Assembly: GCA_028023455.1 (NCBI GenBank)
Contig: JAQFVV010000004.1
Coordinates: 12,400,001-12,464,000, forward strand
DNA from: Epiperipatus broadwayi
Taxonomy: Eukaryota > Animalia > Onychophora
Reading direction: 5' to 3'
DNA: 64,000 nt
Shown here: piece by piece, positions 50,110 to 63,398 of the stretch
Layout: each line of letters starts with the position of its first letter
How positions within the stretch are numbered: position 1 is the first letter of the stretch
The notes under the pieces: model-generated
Told to the model about the DNA's origin: nothing
The model's input: the letters and a program-made list of their open reading frames with translations, nothing else
Databases searched by the model: none
Translations under genes and position numbers: made by a program

Positions 50110-53100
50110 AATCTTGTAAGTTAATTTTATATATAAATCATTATTTTATTTCCAGCTTTTAATAACCAAATTTCCATAACTACATGATTATTTGAAAGTG
50201 GTATGTAAGCATATATTTCTAATTTGGTAGTAATACATTGGTACTAAACATAATGGCACTAACAGTTGAAGCAATGGATATGGAAGTCAGATCCATGCTT
50301 CACAGTCTTACAGAATCCAACCGGTATTTCAAACCTAATTTCTGCCTATATGAAAGTATTTAACAGAATTCTGCATTAAGCAGAAATATAAAGTGTTTTT
50401 GTTATCTTGTTTATCGATCCTTGAAATTAGGTATTCAGGTAGAAATAATTTAGTAAAGTAAATGCAATCAAAAGAAACTGTGTTTCATAAAAATATTTTT
50501 TTGTCATAGTTTATAAAATAGGCATGTATGTGTAGTAAACAAATATGTATAAATTAATGCAGGGTTCTGTTGAAACTAAAACTAACTTGAGAATATAAAG
50601 TTTTTATTTGTCTTATTCTTACGTTGAAAAATATTTTGTGTGATTTATTTTAGATAAGCCTTCCAACATTCCTTAATAAATTAAATTTAAATTAGAGTTT
50701 CCTTTGGGGCAATTAAGTATGGCCTCTTTAATAAAAAAAAAAGAAAGAAGTTAAAGCAAAAATAGATTACAAAATCTTAAAGTTTGATTTTGGTAAAAAG
50801 AAAATTGTTTTGAAACAAGATGTGAATGATACGAAACACAATACACAGAGTTTTTGCTAAAAGGTATAAATAGTGGGGAAAACAAAAGCAAAAGGACATG
50901 TATTTTTTTTTGGAATGGAAAGAATGAGAGGTGATATGGTGGAACTATTTAATTTTTCGGATGAGACCATGTATGGCGGCTAGTTCTATCAGCTTTGCCT
51001 GCCATCCGGGTCTCTATCCAGCCAAATGCCAAAGATTGTAGTGTGATAAAGTGAATTGAACTGTTGAACTGTCTGCCTGAAGTCAGTATTGGTATTTCAC
51101 ATAATAAGCATGCTACCTGTACAAATGAATATCCAGTCGGCAAACCAATCAAGGCATCGTGGAAATTGTATCATTGCAAAGACCAAAATCCGGTGCCGGT
51201 AACATTTTAAAATAACTCCTCATGAACTTTTAATTTCCCTATTTTCTTAAATTTTCATTTGTTCTTATTAGCATTTAACTCTGTGACTTAATATAATGTA
51301 ATTGATAAATGTAATTTTATGTATTATGCTATTTGTTGTTTGGTCATTCTTTATAATTCCATGCTTTCCTTCACTATTCCTCATTTCTTAAATCAAATCA
51401 GTATTAGATATTTCTCTTATTGTTCATGCGGTGTTGGTATTGATCTATAGGTATATTTTAAATGTTATATAGTACTACTCATATAATATGTCTGTTCAAT
51501 AGTTAGCCAGTTTGATCTCCTTGATAAAGTTTAATCTATTCCTTTGTATGCTTGAAAGTTAAAAGTTTTATTTTCTTTAAAAAGAAAAAAAAAGGGGGGT
51601 GGGTAATTATAGACATTTAATGTCAGGCATACGATACAACCTTAGTTATTAAAAGCATATGTAAAGATTTTATTCTACCTTGCTTTATCAGGAAGATTTC
51701 TTGCTTATTAAATGGGTTTCATCAAACATATGGATTACCGCATGTGTGGCAGGCTTGGGTTAAAACCCAACTATGTGACATCATTAAACATCAAATAACC
51801 GGCCATGTATTACTGCTGAGTCTGGATTTTGGGAAATCTTTTTGGTGTTGCCTATTTCGTTTTAGTTTCATATTAGCTTGGGGAAGTTTCTTTTATGTAT
51901 TTGTTTTCTGCTGGGAGGTTGGCTATAGTTGATGTGTTGTTGTGCGTGTTGATTGCTCGTTTACTCTGCTTACCTACGGATTTGCTAGATAAAAAAAATC
52001 TTTTATTTTTCCCGATTACCATGGCCATCCAATTTAGATAAATGTTTCTCATTTTTCTCAGGATATGAAGGATTTATATAAATGTTTAGCTAGCTAAGCT
52101 AGCCTGGCAGACATTTCATTTTTTTTCTTTCACCTGAAATTTGTCTTTATGTGTATGCGCATAATTATTTCCATTTTGCTCTTCTCATTTGGACTTTCAT
52201 GTTCAATGTTATGTGAATTAAAGTTGGCTGGTTTATTTTATCTCCAGGCATTAATACTATTCTTATGCATCGATCACTCATCAGCAATCACTTAGTCTTT
52301 CGCATTTGATGGCAAATCAATTCTTTTAAATTTCTATTAAATAAGGGTTTTGGAAAAATATCAGTATTTTAAATTAAGCATTTCCTGGGGGCTGGACTCA
52401 AAGAAATATTATTGTACAATTTTGTTAAGGTAGTAATAAATTACTATAAAGTTCATTCAAGCTTGCTCACGCAAAATATGCTGTTAACTGTTTAAATGTT
52501 AAAGTGGGTCAATGTGGCAATCCTATATTTCATACTGCAAAAATAGTATTTAGATCTTGAGATTACATTAAGTTTACTGAATGATTTGATAATGTGTTAT
52601 TTGTGGAATAGCAGAGAACAAAGCCTCCCTTTTATTAATATCTTTATTAAAGTATCTTTTCTTAAAATGAAAATAAACATTATTCCATTCTATTTATTAG
52701 GTGTAAACATGATATTTTGATGTTAATCTATTTGATAAATTTCCAATGATCCAAGTATCGCATATAGTCTTTCACACATGGCCTGAGTTATGTATTATTA
52801 CTTGAGTTAGATTTAATGAAGTAGTTTTAGTCAATTGTTTCTCCCTGATGCTAGCAGGATGGGCAGAAAAATGTGGATCTATGCATGTCTCGGACATGTT
52901 GTTGATTCGTTGTTAGATTCGAAAGATAGACGAAAAGGGCAGAGTACCTAGTATTCTTGATTTTAGATCTTGCATATGATTGGTCTCAAGATACTTTTGT
53001 CTACATTTTGAACCTGGTTAAATCAGCACACACATTTGACCAGCACACAGTATTGTGATAATCAGAAATACTTTTTAATTTACATACATAGAATGAAAAA

Positions 53101-54317
53101 TACATTAATATAAAATAACATAAATTTGTAAAACCTTAAAAATAATATAAAATAAATGTGAATGTGTTTTTATTAAACAAAAATGTATGCATTTATCTGG
53201 ATAATTACTCTTTTTTTAACGAGTATCACCTAATTTATAATTTACAAATAACTTACACAAAAAATTCTACTTTATAAATTATACAATAGAATGGCTAATA
53301 TATTTAAAGTCTTTGATTTCTTATTGAGTATTCTGAAGTGGATCTACTGAACTATGTTGCAATAATATAAAAATATACTTTTGATATGTGTGAACAATAA
53401 TATTGACATTATGCTTAAAAAAATATATAAAACATATTACTTCATACATATCCCAAAAGAAGAGTCTTAGCCCAGTATTTATCTGATCACTTTTTGTTAA
53501 GTTGTTTTCCATTATTAACAATATCATTATAATTCACAAATTAGAATATAAATCTTACTAGCAATAGAATATTCAGGAAGTTATTAATTCATTATATTGC
53601 ATCACATTGCACATGTTTATTCATTTCTTAAAATAAGCATAAAGTCAACTCACAGTTTATAATCTGAATTAACTACTATTATTTAAATTTTAATTCATTG
53701 CTCAGTATGCTCAATATCTATATAATGCTTTAGCAATTTATACATATACACATGTGTGACTTAGCTATTAAATTCTTTATATCTAAGTTTAATTTCAATG
53801 TTTATATTTACGTAAATTGTCTTTAAACTGTCAATTAATCTAAATTTAAATTGATGCTATTCTAATATTAAAATGGAAAATGAAATATTGAAGGGAAATA
53901 TTCCCTAATCAATAAACAAGTAATTGAAATATAGTTATTTTAAATTTAAAAATGACTTTTACTGAATTGTTCTTTTATTGACAGTTTTATTATAATAAAA
54001 TGCAAGATACATTAACAATTTGTGAATGTCTGTAAATCCTAGACATGAATTTAAATATGCACTCCCATATATTTTAAACAGGAATGACAACTGTTAAAGA
54101 GTTAGCTTAATCTTGCAGCTTATCACAGAATAATAACAATTTCGTAGCATGCTTCAATATAAATTATAATCTTAAATGTATATGCATAGGTATAACATGA
54201 AAAAAAAAAATCAAATAAATGATTAGTTAAAAATTATATCAAAATATTATTTATGTACATATAAGATCTTAATTGCCTGATAATATTGTTTATTAAATTT
54301 TTTTTATTTATTAAATG

Positions 54318-54452
54318 TCAAACACTTAATTTATCCACTATGCCTTTTGGTACCCTTTCCGAATTCTTATAGGATCCCTTTTTGCATAAACAACAGCAAC
54401 AATGTAGAATAAATGCAAACATTTTTGCAAATATGAAACACAAAATCCAAAA
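54318..54452 (-). CDS. Candidate terminal coding exon of a membrane protein (hydrophobic helix, CCCCLC, basic tail)
   Basis: Acceptor ttatcttcag, 44 codons FWILCFIFAKMFAFILHCCCCLCKKGSYKNSERVPKGIVDKLSV, TGA, then AATAAA within 10 nt; no upstream exon identified. Confidence 0.3.
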   Translation of the reverse strand, partial: FWILCFIFAKMFAFILHCCCCLCKKGSYKNSERVPKGIVDKLSV

Positions 54453-56034
54453 CTGAAGATAAAATAATCTGCATTGTCATACATAATATAAATTAAGTTT
54501 TTAGAAATTAAATTTTTGCAAAAAACCTAAATGATGATTTGGTTACAGAATAGACATCGATAAAATTATTATTTATAAAGCTTTATAGATAAATCATTTA
54601 ATCATGAATAATTAGTAATTTTATTAGCTTTTGATATACATTGTATTCATTGATTTTGTAATGTTTTTGTTATTTATGATACAGATCAAGATTTTCATGA
54701 AGGGAGTTCATTACAAAATGAAGAAAAAGATTTAGCTTAAAATGTTTATTCTCATAATGATTATCAGACATAATAAAATTGATAACCAAGATTAAATAAT
54801 ACTGAAAAATAATAATAATATAATAGATGCTAATAAAATATTTCAGTCACTTTTATATATTTGGATTGACATTCACCTGTTCTAGAACTTCTTCAAATGT
54901 GCCTTTTACAATCTTGTATATTTTAAATCATGAAATTATTTATTTAATTTTACATTTAAAAAAATCAAATAAATCTTGTGCTATTTCCTATTTACTCTGT
55001 TAAATAATCAATTATTTATTAAAATATAATACTGAATTCACTTTCTCTTTTACAATTTATTTATTTCTTAAATAGATTGTGTCAATTAATTTTAATCCGA
55101 TTAGAGAATGATGCGTGAACACACATTTTCACACGCACTTTTCTTTGGTTGATTTATGTTGTGTGTTATTAAAGATAACATTTTATATATAATATATTAC
55201 TTTTCTGATTGTCCAAACCATTGTTTATGTTTCCACTCAGACCTTTGTCAATTAAATTATTTCTTTTTCTCAAGTTACTCAATATTTAGATACTTTCTCT
55301 TTTTGAATTTGAAATGTTTTATGCATGTGATTGTAAAGTAGGCCATGAGACATGACAATTTCAGTTAATATCTTCATGTACCAGAACTATTATCATAATC
55401 ATATTGATAATCATAAAAAAATAATCCAAATTAAAAACAAATCACCTAAATAACTTAGCTATTGAAAACAGTGAGAAATAGTTTAATCAGTTATAAGTTA
55501 AGATTCAGTGAATCAAAGTCATTGAATAAAAATGTCAATGTTTTGAGTGTCATTTTCTAACTAAATTAAAATAAATAAATTTACATATGGGGGAAATCTT
55601 CACGTCTAGTATCAATTTTAATATTAAGATTACTAATTAGTCAAGAAGGTTTCAATCTTATTGATTCAAATTATATGTATCATATATAAAAGCATCAATA
55701 TAATACAAGAGAAAAGTTTTAGTCCACCATCACCAGATACAAATTTAATTAATAAAATTAAAAAAAACAGAAATTCATTTTATAGTGACTTATTTGTAGC
55801 ATATAAAGACTCACAGGGTAACTTCAATTTAAATAGCTTGGTTAACATTAATTAAATTCAATGATTTAAAAAACTACTAAACAATATTCAGTATACTTGG
55901 ACAAGACAGGTGATTAAGGTTATCAAGAATCTTCACAAAATATATGCTCTACAATCATATATCAAATCTGATTCAAATTTTTAAACGGCTTTGTACCATA
56001 GAATGATTATTTAAATGGTTAGCTAAAAATAAAT

Positions 56035-56235
56035 TTGGAGTCTTCATGCATTTTTTGTAAGTTGAAAAAGAAAATCTTCTTTCACTTGTCTAAAGAATGT
56101 ATAACATTTACATTCTTGCAATCAAAAGTGTTTCATGCACCACGCATAAATTTAAAAAGGGAAATAACAAACAACATTAAAAGATTTAATCCACATAATG
56201 CAATGGTTTTGCTATACATTCTAAAAACTATATGA
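56035..56235 (+). mobile_element. Non-LTR retrotransposon C-terminal zinc-knuckle remnant
   Basis: CIFCKLKKKIFFHLSKEC resembles C..C...E...H....C. Confidence 0.35.
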
Positions 56236-56670
56236 CAATAAAGTGTGAACTGATTTTTGATATTAAAAAATTGGTTAAAAAAAACCTGATAATAATTAGA
56301 ATAAATACTTTAATAACTATATCAGATACATCTCTCCCAAAAAACAACAGAAAAAATTTGATCAAGCACTGATCTGTCTCCATGTGAAATATGGAAATAA
56401 TATAAAAATTTAAAAAAACATTATTTAAAGAAAAAACATCAAATAATATAAAAATAAGTATAAAGATCTGTAATTAAAAATTTATATGTAAATAATCATA
56501 GTTATAAAGGTGTATAATTTTTATTAATAAAGATTTTATTTAAAAAAAAAAGAAATTTACTTAAAAAAATAAACTATTTAATTAAAAAAAGAAAAGAAAA
56601 GAAACTTTGTTTATAATAAATAATAGATTGTTTAATAAAATAGTCATAAAATTACAAACAAAAATAAGTA

Positions 56671-57422
56671 GTTGTGCACTTTGTCCAATGTGGCCACTGG
56701 ATGGCGTTTACACAACCCAAGTTACAGCCTGCAGAACAGTTCATATTAGCAGTTACAGCCCTCTGATGTACTTGTCATCACTATGGAAATAGCACACACT
56801 TCACAGATTGCTACCAGACAATGTGAGGGTGTATGGAATTCAACTGGCCATAAGTGTTTTAATGTGCATTCAAAGTAAAGATCTTAAAACTTACCTGACG
56901 TATTATTACATACTAATAATTGTAATCCTGTCACCATGTTTCCCTACACATCTTGTAAGGTGTAAAAAATTGCAAAAGTGTAGGTCCCAGACTATTTCAC
57001 ATAAGTCACGTGAAAAGGTAGTTTTGCGGGAGAACAGCTATGAGAGTAATAAAATGGCTGTTTGTAGCAAAACCATCATTTTCCACCCCCACCCCTGTAC
57101 AGCACTACATGATGAAAGGTTTGTTTGCTCAGACTAGTGCATGTATTGGCCGATCCTTTGGATTGGAAAAACCATCGGATCCCCACACACACATTCCGGT
57201 GCTATGTGCTAAAAGCTTGGTTTTCTCATACTAGTGCATGTATTGCAAAAACATTGGACCCCTCCCTGCATATGCCCACACTACACACTGAAATGTATAA
57301 TGTAATTATAAATTGTAATTTAGAAAATGTTTGTTCGTAAATTGCAGTCCGGTAATGTTACATTTCATTATTTTTGCAAGCAACAATGCCATCGAGCGGC
57401 CACATTGGACAAAGAGCACAAC
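56671..57422. mobile_element. MITE-like element of about 750 bp with about 40-bp imperfect TIRs
   Basis: gttgtgcactttgtccaatgtggccactggatggc versus gccatcgagcggccacattggacaaagagcacaac; GC-richer than the flanks. Confidence 0.75.
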
Positions 57423-58007
57423 AACCCAAAAATATATTATATTATTTTTAATTTAAAAACAAATAAATATTTTTCATGCTTTAAATTACCCAAGATCTGT
57501 AAATAACATACATGGATGTTGCAGTAAAAAAGACGTATAGAATAGCAGAGCATGAATTCATTGATAAAACTAATTCTTAGAATAATTTCTCAATAGTCAT
57601 CTTATTAAAATCATATTATTAAACTGATATCAGCATTAATACTATTTTTCTTATTAATATTATTATTTCACCAGAAAGTCTTATTATTTTATTACAACTT
57701 AATTTAATATTATTTTTATCATTATTATTATATCACATAATCATAATGAGTTAAATTATAGACTGCAACCATGTTAATCTCTTTCTCTAACATGTAATGA
57801 ACACCTTTTATAAATATGTTGACCTAAGTATCATATTTTTTAAAAAAAATGAAAATTGTCCCATCAAATAATAATGCAAAAAAATTACTAACATAAATAG
57901 TGTGCTCTGCTTAAAATTTATATCAAAAGATAATAAACTAAACAAATGTAGCATGGTTAAAAAAGAATTATCTATAAAAATATTTAGATTTGCATAGTCA
58001 ATGTGAA

Positions 58008-58112
58008 TCTTGCATTGGTGGTCGAGAGGTCAGCACGACTGCCTTGCATTTGCAGGCAGTTGCCCAGGTTGCGGGTTCGCATCCTGGCCAATGCTATGAC
58101 ACTTAAAAAAAA
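58008..58112 (+). mobile_element. Short tRNA-derived SINE (family C, copy 3)
   Basis: TGGTCGAGAGG A-box, GGGTTCGCATCC B-box, atgctatgacactt plus A-tail. Confidence 0.85.
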
Positions 58113-58597
58113 TATGAATTTTTTTTATATTTCCAATGTGTACTAATATGTGTTTAACTTTGTGACCAAAATACTTGTGTTAATGCCTATAATATATGGT
58201 TCTGTCATGTGGTAAATTGAGCAAATAGAAATTGTTTAAAAAAAATACCAGAGAATGTAATGAAGTGAGTTAAATGTTTGCCATTTAATAAATGAATAGA
58301 TAACAATAATAAAAAACATTGATGAAGACTAAAATGAAAATAATATTTTGATATAATATTTACCAATAATTTATTTCTTATAAACTCATTGTAATTGTTG
58401 TAATCAAGTATTCTGAAAAGTTAAAATTGAAATTGTTATTTTTTGTTCTTTTTGTTCTATTTATGAACACTGATGTGAGGATTCATAATTTATGTTGCTA
58501 CATTAATGTTTGTCAATTTTAGTTAAACATATAAGAATTTGTACAAGAAATATTGAAAATTAATATTTGAAATTTACCAACTTTCCTCAAATTATTA

Positions 58598-58925
58598 ATA
58601 TATAGAGTTTATGAGCACAAACTTTCACACAACCCACCATTATCCACACTATCTCATAATACTGATACACTTGAATACATATATGCTGAAAAGATAAACA
58701 ATCACCAATATACATATTTCATGCTATACCAGCAATCATCAGTTGGTCCAGATTACCATCCTCTCCACACATATATGCCATAAGTGCTCAGATATATATA
58801 TATTAAGATAGCCAATCCTTATACTTTAATGGACAGGCTTCAATCTACTCCACACTCCAACTCTTCAACTGGTCATCCAATTGGAAATCTGATGATGGAA
58901 TGCTCAAAGGCCACCCTGAGGTCGA
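58598..58925 (-). mobile_element. Family A1 copy with apparently intact HHR (58698-58756)
   Basis: Minus strand GTAATC tgg ACCAA-CTGATGA-T-TGCTG gta TAGCA-T-GAAA-TATGTAT-A-TTGGT GATTGT. Confidence 0.88.
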
Positions 58926-59083
58926 GATTAATATTATTAATCTATACTGGATCTAAATTAAAATACATTTAAGTCATATGTTTATGGATTAGGAAATATT
59001 TAACATCAATATTTATATTTTTCAATTTAGTAATAGAATACCACCAATTTTTGAATTAAATAAGAATAATTAATAATTTAAAG

Positions 59084-59189
59084 TCTTGCATTGGTGGTCG
59101 AGAGGTCAGTACGACTGCCTTGCACTTGCAGGCAGTTGCCCGGGTGTGGGTTCGTGTCCCGGCTGATGCTATGACACTTAAAAAAAAAA
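59084..59189 (+). mobile_element. Short tRNA-derived SINE (family C, copy 4)
   Basis: Closely similar to 58008; 16-bp TSD aattaataatttaaag (59068-59083 and 59190-59205). Confidence 0.88.
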
Positions 59190-60271
59190 AATTAATAATT
59201 TAAAGATGAATTATCAAATGTCAATGCTTGAAATAAACTTAGATATAAGCAATTTAATATTACATTTGTACGTATATGTGGTATAAATTGTTACATTACC
59301 ATGAAGAATTGGAATATATGAATAACATTAATTAAATGTTGAATACATATTAATATCATTGTATTATTTATTAACAAGTCATACGTATAGAATGAAATGA
59401 ATATGAGCAAATAAATGATTGGTTGTTTATTTTTCTTTTTAAAAAAGGATAAACATGCATAATGCTGTGCAGTCTAATGAATTCATAAATACTGGAGCAC
59501 ATTATTGTTAGCAACGTTTGTATTATAATTCATATGTTGTAAATAGTGACTGAGTTCTATATGTGTGTAATAGTGATGTTAATAATAATAAAAGGCTTGA
59601 CCTAATAAAAAAGCAATTTATTTTTTTATGTAATGCATGAGATAAAATATTTTAAATGTTATTAAGCAAATGGAAGTGGAAAATGTAGGCCCAAATATGT
59701 CAAAAGCATGTAATTACGTTAATACAAAGTGGGTCATTTTTATCTTAATCAATGATTCAATGAGGGATCAAAATCTTTAAATGTAAATCTCATTCTATTG
59801 CATACTTTACAAAATTAAATTATTAATATGTCATCATTAGATTGTGAATCACAAAAGATATTCATTAAATAAAGAGTAATCACTTAAACAAGCATCTAGA
59901 TATTCCTTAATAAACATTATTTCTGAGCACTTATAAATGCCAAAAAAATGTTTATTAAAGGTACCTGCACATTAGTTTAATATTACTTTAAGATGTTATA
60001 GATATATGGTAGCTCCTGACAAGATATTTTAATTTAGATTTTAGAATCAATCTGATAAGATTAACTCTAGCATTCTAGTCTATGGTTGAAAATTAATGTG
60101 TATATATAAATCCTACAATATTATTAGGGTTTTTGCTCTGTATGGTTTAATGCAGTGAAAGAGAGACAGATTCTGTATTCAAAGTCTATGGATCACAATT
60201 CTGCCATATCATTTCAAATGCTCGATCTTCTTATACATTTTGAGTAAATCTATTTAACTGTTTTTCACCTG

Positions 60272-60808
60272 TATTGTTTGTCCCAGTAATAAAGAGGCAT
60301 ATTCTGAATTCTCAAGTTCCATTAATTATACTGCATTAGTGGTATATTTTGAAGTATCAAGATCCATGAATTATACTATATTGTTTGTCACAGTAATAAA
60401 GTGGCATATTCCGAAGACTTAAGATCCATGAAGTATACTATATTGTTTGTGCCAGTAATAAAGTGGCATATTCCAAAGTCTCAAGATTCATGAATTATAC
60501 TATACTGTTTGTTGCAGTAATAAAGTGGCATATTCCGAAGACTTAAGATCCATGAAGTATACTATATTGTTTGTGCCAGTAATAAAGTAGCATATTCCAA
60601 AGTCTCAAGATCCATGAATTATATTGTATTGTTTGTCACAGTAATAAAGTGGCATATTCCGAAGACTTAAGATCCATGAAGTATACTATATTGTTTGTGC
60701 CAGTAATAAAGTAGCATATTCCAAAGTCTCAAGATCCATGAATTATATTGTATTGTTTGTCCCAGTAATAAAGTGGCATATTCCGAAGTCTCGAGATCCA
60801 TGAATTAT
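60272..60808 (+). repeat. 62-bp minisatellite, about 8.5 units, with 124-bp dimeric higher-order repeat
   Basis: ttgtttgt anchors at 60381, 60443, 60505, 60567, 60629, 60691 and 60753; units alternate ccgaagacttaag and ccaaagtctcaag. Confidence 0.95.
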
Positions 60809-61052
60809 AGCCAAGCTATGACACTTTCAACACTTAAACTCCTTACAAATAGTTTAGAGATAAATTTATTAATGACACTTTGTACAGTGTCAGATTAGGT
60901 TGCAAAGATTGGGCTGAAATTGAATAACCATTCAAATATGGATAAACTTTATGAGGTAGATAGTCAAAAAAAGTTTTATTATAATAAAAATTGATCACTA
61001 TAATGGTCAAATATCCAATATAATTTATTTGTCCACAATGTTGTCTCAATTA

Positions 61053-61920
61053 CATAAATAAATAATCAATCAAACAAGATTGAAATAAACAACTATTAAT
61101 AACAATATGTGAATATTTATCAAACTGGTTTTCATTTCCATTGAGACCTTCTCAAGGTAATATAATATACAATTCACATAACTAATTAACTATATTCACT
61201 CCATCTACTGGACACTATTTACATTACATTTCATTTACTTTTAAACATGTACACATACATTATAAATAAATAAATTTAACATATTATACATCTAAAAAAA
61301 ATTATTTTTTTTACAATATTCCCCCAAAATAATAATTAAATATATATTTTACATCTCTTAAAAAAATTTTGTATTTACATATTTACAATCATTTTCTACA
61401 CTTTCCAATTGTTTAATAAAGCCCATTTCCCATCTAATTTAGCTGGACTTTTACTATATTTACACATTTGTTCAAATTTTTCTGAATATATCATGTTTCA
61501 TAATACATTCTCTTATGGTAATTCTTCACATACTTTATAACTCTTTTATTTTCCTCACATTTCATTTTATGCCCTGTATCCAAATAATGCAAATATAGCC
61601 CTGACTTCATATCTTTTCTATTAATTGCTCCATCATGTTCTTTACCTCTCTCACCATTCTTCCTGTCTGTCCTATATATATTTTATTGGATTTTTCACAG
61701 GTAATTTTCTACACCCCCCCATACTATCAACATTATTTAACTCTTTTGCAGTATTTAACCATTTACCCAAAGACTTATTATTCTTCCAAGCTATTTTTAC
61801 ATTATTCGGCAATTGTCTTTCATTAATCTTTTATACATCTTTTCTGAATAGGGAATAGACATCCATTTACTATCCCTATTTCTGTTATCCTCAATTACTC
61901 TATGTACCTTACCATCAAAA
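61053..61920 (-). mobile_element. PLE 3' part, inverted arm
   Basis: Reverse complement of 62012-62957. Confidence 0.88.
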
Positions 61921-62771
61921 TCATTAGATAAAACAGAGACATATAAACAGAAATTAAAGATGAAAAATAATTATGTAAAAATAGGTTACAAAGAGAAGGA
62001 AATCAGATGGATTTTTTTATGGTAAGGTAGATAGAGTAAATGAGGATAACAGGAATAGGTGTAGGGATAGTAAATGGATGTCTATTCCATATTCAGAAAA
62101 GGTGTATAAAAGATTAATGAAAGACAAATTGCCGAATAATGTAAAAATAGCTTGAAAAAATAATGTCTTTGGGTAAATGGTTAAATAATGCAAAAGAGTT
62201 AAATGATGTTGATAGTATGGGGGGGGGTGATGTATAAAATTAGCTGTGGAAAATGCAATAATATAGGACAGACAGGAAGAATGGTGAGAGAGGTAAAGAA
62301 CATGATCGAGCAATTAATAGAAAAGATATGAAGTCAGGGCCATATTTGCATTATTTGGATACATGGCATAAAATGAAATGTGAGGAAAATATAAGAGTTA
62401 TAAAGTATGTGAAGAATTACCATAAGAGAATATATTATGAAACATTATATATTCAGGAAAATTTGAACAAATGTGTAAATATAGTAAAAGGTCCAGCTAA
62501 ATTAGGTGGGAAGTGGGCTTTATTAAACAATTGGAAAGTGTAGAAAATGATTGTAAATATATAAATACAAAATTTTTTTACGAGATGTAAAATATATATT
62601 TAATTATTATTTTGGGAGAAATATTGTAAAAAAAAATTTTTTTTTACATGTATAATATGTTAAATTTATTTATTTATTTATTTATAATGTATGGGTACAT
62701 GTTTAAAAGGAAATGAAATGTAATGTAAATAGTGTCCAATAGATGGAGTGAATATAGTTAATTGATTATAA

Positions 62772-62831
62772 TTGCTGAGATATTCTTGACTTCGTTTAAG
62801 GAGAAGCCACAAAACAGCACATCACATCACA
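62772..62831 (+). mobile_element. About 60-bp mariner 5'-end fragment, present only in the right PLE arm
   Basis: Similar to 11066-11130 (gttgctgagagattcctgact...catcacatcaca); absent from the matching position of the left arm. Confidence 0.65.
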
Positions 62832-62850
62832 TGTGAATTGTATAGTATAA

Positions 62851-62892
62851 TATCTTGAGAAGGTCTCAATGGAGATGAAAGCCGGTTTGATA
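62851..62892 (+). ncRNA. Minimal type I hammerhead, U3:A8 core variant (PLE 3' UTR); mirror copy at 61117-61159 on the minus strand
   Basis: TATC-TTGAGAA-G-GTCTC aatg GAGAT-GAAA-GCCGGT-T-T-GATA; stem I TATC/GATA, 5-bp stem II, consensus palindrome AACCGGTT. Confidence 0.72.
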
Positions 62893-63217
62893 AATATTTA
62901 AATATAGTTATTAATAGTTGTTTATTTCAATCTTGTTTGATTGATTATTTATTTATAAAAATTGTTATATTACATATTTAAATTAATAAACAAAAGCCAT
63001 ATAAAAGTAATACTCCTGCTTTTTATTATTATATTTTCTTTATTTACTTATTTTTATAATTGATAATTTATTATAATAAATTACTTTCCTGGAATTCTAA
63101 ATATAAAAATGGCATTGCCAATATGTTGTTTACACTCATTGCTTAAAAAAGAAAAGGAAGGGCCAAAGTTTGATAAAGTAAAGATTTTTCACTCACCAGT
63201 TATCATACTAGGTTAAA

Positions 63218-63398
63218 ACTCAGCACGACCCACCACTCTCAGTGCCATCTCATATTGCTGACCTACCTGATCACACACCTGTTGAACATGTGTCAGCAAT
63301 ATGAGATGGCACTGAGAGTGGTGGGTCGTGTGAAAGTCTGAGTTCGAATCCCGCATATATTACATATATAAATGCAGGTTTAAGCCTGTAGAATGTAT
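63218..63398. mobile_element. Family A2 short fold-back insertion
   Basis: Perfect inverted arms of about 39 bp (63224-63262 and about 63292-63331); 15-bp TSD tcatactaggttaaa (63203-63217 and 63399-63413). Confidence 0.9.

Larger units (their letters stand above)
62012..62957 (+). mobile_element. PLE 3' part (linker, GIY-YIG, 3' UTR)
   Basis: GVMYKISCGKC...IGQTGR...KEHDRAINRKDMKSGPYLHYLDTWHKM...RIYYETLYIQEN. Confidence 0.88.

Noticed and set aside
52255-52320. GAAA...CTGATGA on the minus strand (type II hammerhead order)
   Set aside because: Only 13 nt lie between the core segments, and stems I and III do not form.
54349-54377. KpnI, EcoRI and BamHI sites within 30 bp (vector polylinker?)
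   Set aside because: Spacing and order do not match a polylinker I recognise and no vector sequence flanks them; better explained as chance or coding sequence.
60272-60808. Regular repeat array resembling CRISPR
   Set aside because: Units are contiguous tandem copies without unique spacers, there are no cas genes, and the context is eukaryotic.
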